Part shown: in pieces, positions 26,511 through 35,749 of the stretch | Position numbering within the stretch: position 1 is the first letter of the stretch | Layout: each line of letters opens with the position of its first letter | Assembly (NCBI GenBank): GCA_965140415.1 | Contig: OZ223209.1 | Location: forward strand, 3,104,001-3,168,000 | Direction: 5' to 3' | Length of the DNA stretch: 64,000 nt | Origin: Myxococcota bacterium | GTDB taxonomy: Bacteria; Myxococcota_A; SURF-8 | Translations under genes and position numbers: made by a program | Notes under the pieces: generated by a model | The model's input: the letters and a program-made list of their open reading frames with translations, nothing else | What the model was told of the DNA's origin: nothing | Database searches by the model: none

Positions 26511-29120
26511 CTATGGCTCTAATTCACCGTACATTTCTGTGAGCGATGTTTGAAGCCATTGTTCATTCGGCAATAGTTCAAGAATAACAGGGTAAAGATA
26601 CTGATTGTTGGCAATGTTGCCGAATAAATGACAACCCAGCACTCCTTGAGCGCCTTTTGTGCCTTCCAATTCGAAGATCCGGGCAGGAAGATCTTTATTT
26701 GTCCTAAAACCTTGAATTGCAAAAGCTTTCCAGTCGTACCCCTGTTCTCCGCCCAGTACAACAAAGCTACGTTTGGAATTCTCTTCCTCCGTAGCCAGAA
26801 TCGATACGGAATACCATCTCGGGAATGGATCGTTGTGGGTTTCTACTAAATTATCAGTCTTTTCATAAAGATAAAACGATGGGAAGAGTGTTTCTTCCGG
26901 CTTCGCCTTCAGATAAGGATTCGTAACCCTTTGAAACGCTTCCCAGTTCGCCATCCCGTTTTCCATTTTATAGGCAAGCTGAACGGTAGAGGAATCCTGC
27001 CAACTATGGAACGCCCTGAAAATCGCAACCGTTGTGCCATCCAATGCTTTGATGCGATACCGTTTTTCAAGGTTTTCAGGAAGAGAATGTTCCTTGACTT
27101 TTACGATTCGCAGCGTGTTTTCACAAGCTTGTTCGGAATGCTCCGCTTTGTTAGAAGCGAGATCGAGTTTATCCAGCGGCAGATATAGCGGTAAGGCCTG
27201 ATAGAAATATACATTACCGGGTAGTTGGACGCACTGCCGAATCTTTGAATAGCTATACCCCATTTCAGTGAGTTCATCGGCAATGATGTTGACGTCAGAA
27301 TACGTCCACTTCGAGAGGGAACGCTGATGATGCACGACGCGACTGTCATCGATGTAATATAAATGGTAGCTCATCAATGCTATCAGCATCAACACTGTCA
27401 ACGAAGTAGCCAGTCGGTTGGCGGCTCGCAATCGTGTCAGGCTTGCAATCCAGGAAAGCAAACGGACTGCAAGAACGGGAAAAATCAGCATACAAAACGG
27501 GAAAACCAACTGATAATAATGAGCGGAACAGTAAAAGGTCACCTGCTGCAACAGCTTCAAAGGGGTCGTGTCGTTGGTTGGGTATAAGAACTCACTATCC
27601 GAAATGTTTGGTACAACGATTTGAAGGAAGATGTACCCAATTAATCCGAACAATGCCAAACCGATCCGAATATCTTTCCTGCTGCGCTTTTCGTACAGAC
27701 GCGGGCGCAACCAGAAACCAAGCAGTGAAAATAGCAGGAGCGCCTCGATCATTGAAAGAATCACTCCGGAGCCTATCAAAAGCCGCAAGTTTCCAAGGTA
27801 GGCTTCGTAACTGCTGACCAACATGAAAATCGCCAGTACGAAAACAGCCTGTATCGTTTCCAGCAGTGGCCGGCGCGAATAGGCTCCGATGATCGTCAAG
27901 AGAGGTGCAAGCAGCAGGTAGTTGATCAGGTGGCCTTCTCCTGCAAGAAAAAGGGCTAGCAATGCCCCCCAGTATCCAATGCGGCTCTGATTGCGAATAT
28001 AGGAAATCACTGCCGAGGTGAACGCAAGCACGCACAGTGGGGTCAGTGAGTCGTTCAGTAAGTTCGGATAAAGCGACCATTTTAACAGTAGATATATGGA
28101 GAAAAGGGCGACCGGTACGGCGTAGCGCCTTCCGGCGATCCAAATTGCAAAGAGATAAGCCGCCGCCGCCTGGATCCCCAGCATGAAAATGACAAGATAA
28201 TGTATTGTCCGAACGGAAATCCCCAGCCATTGAAAGAGGACGAACACGTGGACAGGCAGTCCTCCCATCTTCAGGTTTCCAATCGCTGGAGGGCCTTCGA
28301 AGTGACAGTTGATGCCGGTCAGGCAGTCGCGAGCCCAGACAAGATATTCTGTGCTGTCATCGAGCAGCGGAACACCTTTGCTTAGTACCGCCAGCAACAA
28401 GGAGATGAAAGCGCCCCAAAGCAAAGCCAGGTAAACATCTTGTCGTACAAGTTTTCTGCCTTTTCTATTATTTTCTTCCGCACCGATGATCCATAGGGCA
28501 AACGAGGTCGTCCGCTTTCCGCACATTCGCAACAACTTCGAAATCGGAGTCAAGGCTTTACCTGCGGGACGATCCGTGCCGAACACACCTGATTTTGAGG
28601 CGACCTGCCACAGAATCACCAATATGACGATCCCGAAAAACCAGTAATGCAGTAGAAAACTACCAGTTCCGGCAATCGGTGCTGCGTTTAAGCTATTGTG
28701 ATGCTGAAACAGTTCCAGCGAAATCGCGTTGTCTTTTTTCGATGCTTTCTTTACGAAAGGTTGGTAGCCGGTCTGCGTTTCAAGCCGAGTGAGTTGTTGC
28801 TGAATGAACTGTAGAATTGAGGTGGGTGGCGTTTCTCCCGGTAATGGTTGAATCTGGTAATACCTGCTCAACCATTGTCCATTATCTCCGCGGCGATAAG
28901 TGATTTCCACCGAGGTCTGTTCTTTTCCTCTGCTCAGATGAAGATGAACGAATTCCGGTTGCGAGTCGATTTGCGAGATGCTCCAGCCGGAATCCAGGGA
29001 ATCGCCAATTTCCCAAGGTAACGAGGATTGGCCCTCGTTTGCCTGTACATCCAAAGAGCATAGAAATCCCACGAGAAGAAGGACGCAATAAACAAGAAAG
29101 GAGCTTTTGATTGGGTTCAT
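26511..29120 (-). CDS. Large polytopic membrane protein, GT-C-fold glycosyltransferase-like (paralog of 38228-40993)
   Basis: Signal peptide, periplasmic N-domain, more than 10 TM segments, acidic PLLDD loop after an early TM, soluble C-domain. Confidence 0.55.
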   Translation of the reverse strand: MNPIKSSFLVYCVLLLVGFLCSLDVQANEGQSSLPWEIGDSLDSGWSISQIDSQPEFVHLHLSRGKEQTSVEITYRRGDNGQWLSRYYQIQPLPGETPPTSILQFIQQQLTRLETQTGYQPFVKKASKKDNAISLELFQHHNSLNAAPIAGTGSFLLHYWFFGIVILVILWQVASKSGVFGTDRPAGKALTPISKLLRMCGKRTTSFALWIIGAEENNRKGRKLVRQDVYLALLWGAFISLLLAVLSKGVPLLDDSTEYLVWARDCLTGINCHFEGPPAIGNLKMGGLPVHVFVLFQWLGISVRTIHYLVIFMLGIQAAAAYLFAIWIAGRRYAVPVALFSIYLLLKWSLYPNLLNDSLTPLCVLAFTSAVISYIRNQSRIGYWGALLALFLAGEGHLINYLLLAPLLTIIGAYSRRPLLETIQAVFVLAIFMLVSSYEAYLGNLRLLIGSGVILSMIEALLLFSLLGFWLRPRLYEKRSRKDIRIGLALFGLIGYIFLQIVVPNISDSEFLYPTNDTTPLKLLQQVTFYCSAHYYQLVFPFCMLIFPVLAVRLLSWIASLTRLRAANRLATSLTVLMLIALMSYHLYYIDDSRVVHHQRSLSKWTYSDVNIIADELTEMGYSYSKIRQCVQLPGNVYFYQALPLYLPLDKLDLASNKAEHSEQACENTLRIVKVKEHSLPENLEKRYRIKALDGTTVAIFRAFHSWQDSSTVQLAYKMENGMANWEAFQRVTNPYLKAKPEETLFPSFYLYEKTDNLVETHNDPFPRWYSVSILATEEENSKRSFVVLGGEQGYDWKAFAIQGFRTNKDLPARIFELEGTKGAQGVLGCHLFGNIANNQYLYPVILELLPNEQWLQTSLTEMYGELEP

Positions 29121-29127
29121 GCGAATG

Positions 29128-29156
29128 ATCGTAATTTCACATGGTTAAGAAGTCAA
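29128..29156 (-). promoter_or_regulatory. Sigma70-type promoter abutting the start codon (leaderless or near-leaderless)
   Basis: TTGACT-N17-TACGAT, then 7 nt, then ATG 29120; no Shine-Dalgarno. Confidence 0.55.
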
Positions 29157-29234
29157 GTCGCTCAGCCTGACAATTTCCAACAGGAAAACGACTGTCCTTA
29201 ACAACGATGACAACACCGCTACGTATGAAATGCC

Positions 29235-30638
29235 TTATGCTTGCGCCAGTTCCCGCCGTTTCTTGATGTGCTGATTGGCCGTAACCGCCAAAATGGCCAC
29301 ACTGAATACGCCGGAGAGGATCAGCATGTAAGGCAACTGACCGAATACCGCCATCATGAAAATGGTGAAGATAAAGAAATCCCGTTTAGCCAGGAATTTC
29401 AAAAATGCCAATACACGCACGAAGATGCGGTTGTCTTGCAGACTGTCCTTTTTGTTAAAGGTATAGTCGATCGCCATCACATCGCCGGAGTCGGTGTATT
29501 TAATAATATAGGAATACATCAATGGTGTGATGAACGAGTAGTTGAACAGAGTCAGCAAACCGAACCACAGCAACCATGCCGGACCGGCAGTACCTGCCCA
29601 TACGGTGTAGGTGATGCCTGCAAAGAACGAATAATTCGAAATGTCGTCTGCAACCGTATCGAACCATTCACCATATTTCGAAAACTGGTATTTCAATCGC
29701 GCCAGTTCTCCATCCACGCCGTCGACAATCGAGGCGAACTGGAACAGTCCGGCCCCCAGCAGCATCCACCAGTAACCGCCATTGGTTACACACCAGATTG
29801 CAATCATGGCCAATACGACCGTAAACCCGCTAGCCATGTTAGGAGTTATGAACGTCTTCGCCAGTACACGCGAAATCGGGATCGAAATGTTGCGATTGAT
29901 CGATCGCGCAATCAGACCGTCAATCTGCTTGCGTAATGCATTCAGCAACTTTTCTTCTACCGGTTTCCAATCTCGTCGCTCTCTGAGCGTACTCCACCAG
30001 ATATGGTCGTCAAGAGTCAGTGTGTCGAGCTTGCCGCCCTTGCTCTGCCACTCGAAAACTTCCGTCAATTTTCCACTGGTCGCAGCCAGAATGCCCAACG
30101 CCTCTTTAGAAAACAGGAAGACGCCCGCCAGGGGGAAACCTGCCGCCCTGCTTCCAAAACGCCAGCCGCCTTCTTCAAAAAAGACCGGTTTGTCATTGGC
30201 ATGCGGTTCGCGTCGAATGGCCGCCGTCATGCCGCTTTGGCAACCGTGCGCATCCAGTGCCATAAACAACTGCGGGGTTGCTACCAGATCGCTGCGACAC
30301 AAGTAGGTGGGACCATCGATTTCCTTCGCGATGGTGCACAGCGCTTCCGAAGCATCCGAGTCTTTAGCGATAAATGAGAATTTGCATTCATGTGTGATGC
30401 GGAAATCTTCTTTTATGATTCGTTCCGCTTCGCGCTCGCTCTCCGGCAATACGAGATGGCTGCGAGTGACCCCGGCATCCTGCAACTGTCGCAATACACG
30501 CACGATCAACGGAACGCCGAGTATCGACTCCGTAAGTCGAACCGGTTCCCCTTCTGTTTCCGTTTGCCCAAGGAAACCGTATTCCGGTGCAATTACAATC
30601 GCTTCGGTCACTGTAGTATTTGCAACAATCGTGCTCAT
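29235..30638 (-). CDS. CDP-alcohol phosphotransferase fused to a degenerate N-terminal NTP-transferase domain (IPCT/DIPPS-like)
   Basis: DGVDGELAR...GEWFDTVAD signature; ITPN; N-domain has IVIAPEYG where ILAAGxGxR is expected. Confidence 0.85.
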   Translation of the reverse strand: MSTIVANTTVTEAIVIAPEYGFLGQTETEGEPVRLTESILGVPLIVRVLRQLQDAGVTRSHLVLPESEREAERIIKEDFRITHECKFSFIAKDSDASEALCTIAKEIDGPTYLCRSDLVATPQLFMALDAHGCQSGMTAAIRREPHANDKPVFFEEGGWRFGSRAAGFPLAGVFLFSKEALGILAATSGKLTEVFEWQSKGGKLDTLTLDDHIWWSTLRERRDWKPVEEKLLNALRKQIDGLIARSINRNISIPISRVLAKTFITPNMASGFTVVLAMIAIWCVTNGGYWWMLLGAGLFQFASIVDGVDGELARLKYQFSKYGEWFDTVADDISNYSFFAGITYTVWAGTAGPAWLLWFGLLTLFNYSFITPLMYSYIIKYTDSGDVMAIDYTFNKKDSLQDNRIFVRVLAFLKFLAKRDFFIFTIFMMAVFGQLPYMLILSGVFSVAILAVTANQHIKKRRELAQA

Positions 30639-30650
30639 CGCGCTCGATCC

Positions 30651-31412
30651 TTATTTTTCGAAGTGAATTTTACCTTGAGAAAGCAGCTTTTGAGCGTATT
30701 CCAACGTTTCAGGCGTATCGACATCTTGCCACAAAGCCTCGCCAATATCGAAATATCCAAAGCGTCCCTGCGCTCCTAGATTGCCCATGCCATCTGAAAT
30801 CGAGCAGTCGCCCTTTTTGTCGTAGACGCCCTGTAAGTTTTCGAAAACTTCAGGCAGACAGTGGAATAAACCGATATCGATCGCATTATATTCCGGCAGC
30901 ATTTTTCCGATCTGAACGATGCGGTCCTCTTCCGTAACGACCTTGGTGGCGTCGTCAAGGTCGAAGACCTGATCGATCTTGCGGTCGATGCACAAGCGCG
31001 CGCCCTTATTGCTCAGGCCATCTTCAATCAAAGTCTTGGCGGTGGTCACATCGTATACATGATCGGACATTGAAAGCAGGAAAGGCTCTTCTACCGCAAC
31101 TTTGGCAGCTAAAAGCGAAACGCCATTGGCTAGCGTATCCCATTTCGGGTTGAAAACCGCCTGCACCTGCACACCAAGTTCATCCGCCAGCGGTAAAACC
31201 GCCGCTTCGACTTTCTCATTCATGTAACCGGTAACGACTACGACTTTCTTGATTCCGGCTTTTACCAGGGTTTTAATAACGCGAACCACCATCGGGACGC
31301 TTTCCAACTCGATCAGAGGCTTGGAGATCGCCTCGCCCTCTTTCGCCAGACCTTGTACCCGACTTCCCCAACCCGCTGCCAGAATCACAGCCGTTTCGGT
31401 ATTTTTCTGCAT
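30651..31412 (-). CDS. Sugar/alcohol-phosphate cytidylyltransferase (IPCT/LicC-like NTP transferase)
   Basis: ILAAGWGSR, SKPL, NGVSL, MSDH, DDATKV, WQDVDTPE. Confidence 0.88.
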   Translation of the reverse strand: MQKNTETAVILAAGWGSRVQGLAKEGEAISKPLIELESVPMVVRVIKTLVKAGIKKVVVVTGYMNEKVEAAVLPLADELGVQVQAVFNPKWDTLANGVSLLAAKVAVEEPFLLSMSDHVYDVTTAKTLIEDGLSNKGARLCIDRKIDQVFDLDDATKVVTEEDRIVQIGKMLPEYNAIDIGLFHCLPEVFENLQGVYDKKGDCSISDGMGNLGAQGRFGYFDIGEALWQDVDTPETLEYAQKLLSQGKIHFEK

Positions 31413-31560
31413 GTATAGACCTCACCTTGGACCCAGAACTCGGATCATTGTTTCAAGCGGCTGACACCCATCACAGAAACACTGCCGCCGCAGGTTTGTA
31501 GCGCGAAATCATGGGTAAAGTCAAGCTATTCAATGGTTTCCCAGTGATACGCCGACAGCC

Positions 31561-32970
31561 CTACCCCATTCTACCGGCCTTCACCAACTTTGCCGGGTCC
31601 AGCCATTGATCCACTTCTTCCGGCTTCAGAATGCCCATCGTAACCACCGCTTCGGCCACCGTGACGTTATCGGCATGGGCCTTATAGGCAACCTTCGCCG
31701 CTTCGGCATAACCGATTTTGGAGATCAGAGCTGTGGCAATCGCCAGAGAGCTATTGAGATCCCGGCTGACTTCCTCTTCTCGGACGGTCATGTTTTCCAC
31801 CAGCCGTGTGCGGAAGACTTCGCAGGCGTTGGCCAGTATTTCCATCGATCCGAGCAAGGCATAGGCCGTTACTGGTAATGTTACGTTCAACTCGAACTGT
31901 CCGCCCGCCGCCGCCGCCAGCACCGTGGCATGATGTCCCGCAACCGCCATGGCGACCTGCACGACTGATTCGCATACGACCGGGTTTACTTTACCCGGCA
32001 TGATGCTGGAACCCGGCTGTAAGGCCGGAAGCATCAATTCTCCATAGCCCAGCCGAGGCCCGGACCCCATCATGCGAACGTCATTTGCGATACGCTGCAA
32101 TTCCATCGCCAGAGCGCTCACTCGCCCCATCACATCGCTTACAACGGCTCGTCCGGCCATAAATACCAACGGCTCCGGTGAGATTCGGATTTCCCGGTCG
32201 TAGTAGTCGCTTAGTTTCTCCGCTGCTTTTTGCGGCAGTCCTAATGGGGATTGAAACCCGGTACCAACGGCAGTGCCTCCCAAGGGGATTTCCGCCAGCA
32301 GTTCCAATGTTTCTTCCAGGCGATCCTTCAACTTGGACAGCGTGGTAACGTATCCCCGGAAAACGTGACCGAAGGTAATCGGCAGTGCATCTTGAAGATG
32401 CGTGCGCCCGGTCTTGATGACGGAGTCGTATTTCGTCGCTTTTTCCTGCCATGCTTCAATCAGTTTATTAAGTTTCGGCAGCAGGTCATTCTGCATCAGA
32501 TCCAATGCGCCCAGATGCAGGGCGCTGGGAATGGTATCGTTACTGGATTGACCGAAATTGACGTGATCGTTGGGATTGACGGGCTTATATTGTCCAACCT
32601 CGCCACCGAGCGACAAATTCGCAAGGTTCGCCACGACCTCATTGACGTTCATATTGGAACTGGTGCCGCTACCGGTCTGGAAAACATCCAATGGGAACTG
32701 ATCCAGATATTTCCCTTCCGCCACTTCCAACGCCGCAGCGGTAACGGCTCCGGCGACTTCGGCTGTCAATTCTCCCCGTTCTCCTGCCGCCTGGGCGACG
32801 GAGGCTTTGATCAGGGCTAAGGCTCTGAGCAATGCCTGCGGCATCAGGCGATCCGAAATCGGCAGGTTCATTGCCGCACGTTGCGTATTCGCGCCCCATA
32901 GCGCATCACAAGGTATCTCAACTTCACCCATCGTATCCCGCTCGACACGAGGTTCATTTTCGTTGCTCAT
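31561..32970 (-). CDS. fumC: Class II fumarate hydratase (fumarase/aspartase family)
   Basis: AGGAGG RBS before ATG 32970; QTGSGTSSNMN, GRTHLQDA, PGSSIMPGKVNP. Confidence 0.85.
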   Translation of the reverse strand: MSNENEPRVERDTMGEVEIPCDALWGANTQRAAMNLPISDRLMPQALLRALALIKASVAQAAGERGELTAEVAGAVTAAALEVAEGKYLDQFPLDVFQTGSGTSSNMNVNEVVANLANLSLGGEVGQYKPVNPNDHVNFGQSSNDTIPSALHLGALDLMQNDLLPKLNKLIEAWQEKATKYDSVIKTGRTHLQDALPITFGHVFRGYVTTLSKLKDRLEETLELLAEIPLGGTAVGTGFQSPLGLPQKAAEKLSDYYDREIRISPEPLVFMAGRAVVSDVMGRVSALAMELQRIANDVRMMGSGPRLGYGELMLPALQPGSSIMPGKVNPVVCESVVQVAMAVAGHHATVLAAAAGGQFELNVTLPVTAYALLGSMEILANACEVFRTRLVENMTVREEEVSRDLNSSLAIATALISKIGYAEAAKVAYKAHADNVTVAEAVVTMGILKPEEVDQWLDPAKLVKAGRMG

Positions 32971-33015
32971 ACTCAGGCCCTCCTGGTCAGTTGACATTGA
33001 CAAACCGGTTCGGAA

Positions 33016-33044
33016 AAGCTAACGGTTTCCCGTTGTGCTGTCAA
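33016..33044 (-). promoter_or_regulatory. Sigma70-type promoter of fumC
   Basis: TTGACA-N17-TAGCTT on the minus strand. Confidence 0.5.
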
Positions 33045-33078
33045 GTTCGAACAACAACAAGAAAACGAAAGATGGCCA

Positions 33079-34203
33079 GTGTCTACTACGATACAGAAGA
33101 AAATCGCTTCAAACGGAGAGAAAAAGCTTTCGGAAGCCTGGGTTACGGAATTGCTTGGCTGGTATGGAATCAACCAGAGAAAACTTCCTTGGCGAGAAAC
33201 GCCCTCCCCCTATCGTGTCTGGGTCAGTGAAATTATGCTGCAACAAACCCGCGTGTATACCGTCACACCCTACTTCGAAGGCTTCATGAAACGTTTCCCA
33301 ACTCTTGCGAAATTGGCGGAGGCGGATCAACAAGAGGTTTTAAAAGCCTGGGAGGGATTGGGATATTATTCCCGCGCCCGCAATCTGCATCAGGCAGCTA
33401 AGCTTGTGATGACCGAGTACGACGGGCAAATTCCGCAACGTGCGGAAAAGCTGCAAGAGCTTCCCGGCATCGGTCCATACACGGCAGCGGCCATTGCGAG
33501 TATTGCCCATGGAGAGCCGATTCCCGTAGTGGATGGCAATGTGCTGCGTGTTTTTACTCGATTCTGGATGATCCCGGACGACATCGCAAAAGCAGGCACG
33601 AAAGATGAGCTTCGTCAGCGCTTGTTGCCGTTTGTTTCTACTGTGAATCCATCCGATTTCAATCAGGCAATCATGGAAATCGGAGCCTTGATCTGCCATC
33701 CGAAACAACCGGATTGCAAAAGTTGCCCGCTGATCAATTATTGCCAGGCTCATCAGGCAGGACGAGAATCGGATTTTCCGGTAAAATCAAAGCGAAAGAA
33801 GATTCCTCATTACAATATTGCCGTGGGTGTCATCTGGAAAAAGGGTCGCATTCTAATCGGGAAACGCAGGCAGGATCAAATGCTGGGAGGACTGTGGGAG
33901 TTTCCTGGCGGAAAACAAGAACCGGGAGAATCTATAGAGGAGACCGCCATAAGAGAGATCAAGGAAGAAACCGGATTGCAGGTTCGCATCTGCGACGCAT
34001 TCCCTCCTGTTCGTCAAACATACAGCCACTTTCGAATCACGTTACACGCCTTCAGTTGCTGCATAGATGGCGGTCGCTTGCGTGCAAATGGACCGGAACT
34101 GTTGCGCTGGGTCCAGCCGGAAGAACTCGCAGAGTTGCCATTTCCCAAGGCCAATCTGAAGCTTATTGAAGAAGTGCTGAAGACCGCTGCCGTTTCGAAA
34201 TAG
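33079..34203 (+). CDS. mutY: A/G-specific adenine glycosylase with C-terminal Nudix domain
   Basis: VSEIMLQQT, GLGYYSRARNL, LPGIGPYTA, VDGNV, Fe-S motif CHPKQPDCKSCPLINYC, YSHF loop. Confidence 0.95.
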   Translation: MSTTIQKKIASNGEKKLSEAWVTELLGWYGINQRKLPWRETPSPYRVWVSEIMLQQTRVYTVTPYFEGFMKRFPTLAKLAEADQQEVLKAWEGLGYYSRARNLHQAAKLVMTEYDGQIPQRAEKLQELPGIGPYTAAAIASIAHGEPIPVVDGNVLRVFTRFWMIPDDIAKAGTKDELRQRLLPFVSTVNPSDFNQAIMEIGALICHPKQPDCKSCPLINYCQAHQAGRESDFPVKSKRKKIPHYNIAVGVIWKKGRILIGKRRQDQMLGGLWEFPGGKQEPGESIEETAIREIKEETGLQVRICDAFPPVRQTYSHFRITLHAFSCCIDGGRLRANGPELLRWVQPEELAELPFPKANLKLIEEVLKTAAVSK

Positions 34204-35749
34204 CTCCCAATCTTTCCCACAACACTTCTGGCAACGGAAAACACAGGAAAAAGAGTGCGATGTAGGAGAATGTCAATTCTTGCGAAACCCCAAAGGCCGA
34301 AAGAAAGAGGAAGATTGTCCATTCTCGTAAGCCAAGCCCCATAATCGTCAGATGTAGCGAGGTGATTGCCTGAACGGCCAGTACTACTAAAACGAGATTC
34401 CAAAAGGGCAAATCCATTCCGATATGGCGGGCTAATAGCCAGGCGGAAAGTAGAAACAAAACTTGCCCCACGATGGTAAACAGAGCAACCCAAAATGGTT
34501 TTCGTCCCCGATTCTCGTTTTCAATTTCTTTCGCGGCCAAACTGCCAGGCAAAGCGATTCCCCATTTGAAATCGATTCGAACCAGCAAAGTAATCGCAAT
34601 AAACACCATGGTGCAGCATGCTGCTATTAAAAACACAATCGTGTTGCCAACTGGTAACAAGGAGAAAAGCGCGGGAATTGCCAGCAAGAAAAGAAACGTT
34701 GCATCGTATAGCTGCGCAGCAAGACGGGCAGTCATGAAAACACTGTTTTGATGATGTCCTGTATCTTCAGATGTCTCACCGGATTGCAAGCTTGACTCAG
34801 CAATAGGATTAGGTTTTGTTGATGCCGTCCGAAAGCATGATTCGGATACGTTCCATGTTTTTAGCAAGCATTTGCTTCGCATACCTTTAATACCAACCGA
34901 AAGCAGATTTAAACCGGCTAATGCCAATAGCATGAGCGGGGAAGCCTTTGAAAAAACAGAAATAGGTTCCGATATGTTTACAAATGCGAAAAGGAGTAAC
35001 AGTGAAACAAGTGCAAAGAGGATATTTAATGGAGAAAATGCGATCGATCGGTTTGATTGCTTTGCCGGTAATGTCCACAGAATGAATAGGGCTTCGACAA
35101 TGCGCCATGGTCCCAGAAATTTGGAGCGGCCATACGTTCGCTCACGCTGTACTACGGGAAGTTCGGCCACCTTATAACCATTGGTTGCCCATCGAATCGG
35201 TAAGAAGCGAAACTCCCCGTTTCTTAGGTCGAGATTCTCTATTAAAGGTTTTCGTATCAGTCGGAAAGGGGTGTTGGGATCTAAAAAAGAAACTCCAAAT
35301 CGCTTTTCTAAAAGCCACCTGAACGTGCGAGATCCCCAGATGCGGTATGAGGGTTCTTCACGTTTTGTTCGTGCTCCCAACACGACATCGCAGTTGCCCT
35401 CTTCTAAATATTTTTCCATTTCAAAGACGTACGAAGGATCATCTTGCCTGTCGCCGTCCATGGTTAAAACCAGGGGGAATCTGCAACGAGAGAATCCTTC
35501 CAGCAAGGCTTGTTGTTTTCCCCTGCCCGGCTGAAGGTCAATCACATTTATGTGATTTGGGTCTCGATCCCGACATGTCTCAAGCTCTTGCAGGGTGTGA
35601 TCGGTTGAGCCATCGTTGATGAAAATCAGTTCGTATTCACGATCTGACAGTTTTTCCTGTAATTCATCAATAAGCGGAACGACGTTTCCCGCCTCATTTC
35701 GCATCGGAATTACCACACTTACTGCTTGATTCATCAGGGGGCGGTCCAT
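34163..35749 (-). CDS. GT2 polyprenol-phosphate glycosyltransferase fused to a lysylphosphatidylglycerol-synthase-TM (flippase-like) domain
   Basis: SVVIPMRNE, INDGSTD, MDGDRQDD, GRSKF; polytopic C-terminal half with GLGLRE motif. Confidence 0.8.
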   Translation of the reverse strand: MDRPLMNQAVSVVIPMRNEAGNVVPLIDELQEKLSDREYELIFINDGSTDHTLQELETCRDRDPNHINVIDLQPGRGKQQALLEGFSRCRFPLVLTMDGDRQDDPSYVFEMEKYLEEGNCDVVLGARTKREEPSYRIWGSRTFRWLLEKRFGVSFLDPNTPFRLIRKPLIENLDLRNGEFRFLPIRWATNGYKVAELPVVQRERTYGRSKFLGPWRIVEALFILWTLPAKQSNRSIAFSPLNILFALVSLLLLFAFVNISEPISVFSKASPLMLLALAGLNLLSVGIKGMRSKCLLKTWNVSESCFRTASTKPNPIAESSLQSGETSEDTGHHQNSVFMTARLAAQLYDATFLFLLAIPALFSLLPVGNTIVFLIAACCTMVFIAITLLVRIDFKWGIALPGSLAAKEIENENRGRKPFWVALFTIVGQVLFLLSAWLLARHIGMDLPFWNLVLVVLAVQAITSLHLTIMGLGLREWTIFLFLSAFGVSQELTFSYIALFFLCFPLPEVLWERLGAISKRQRSSALLQ

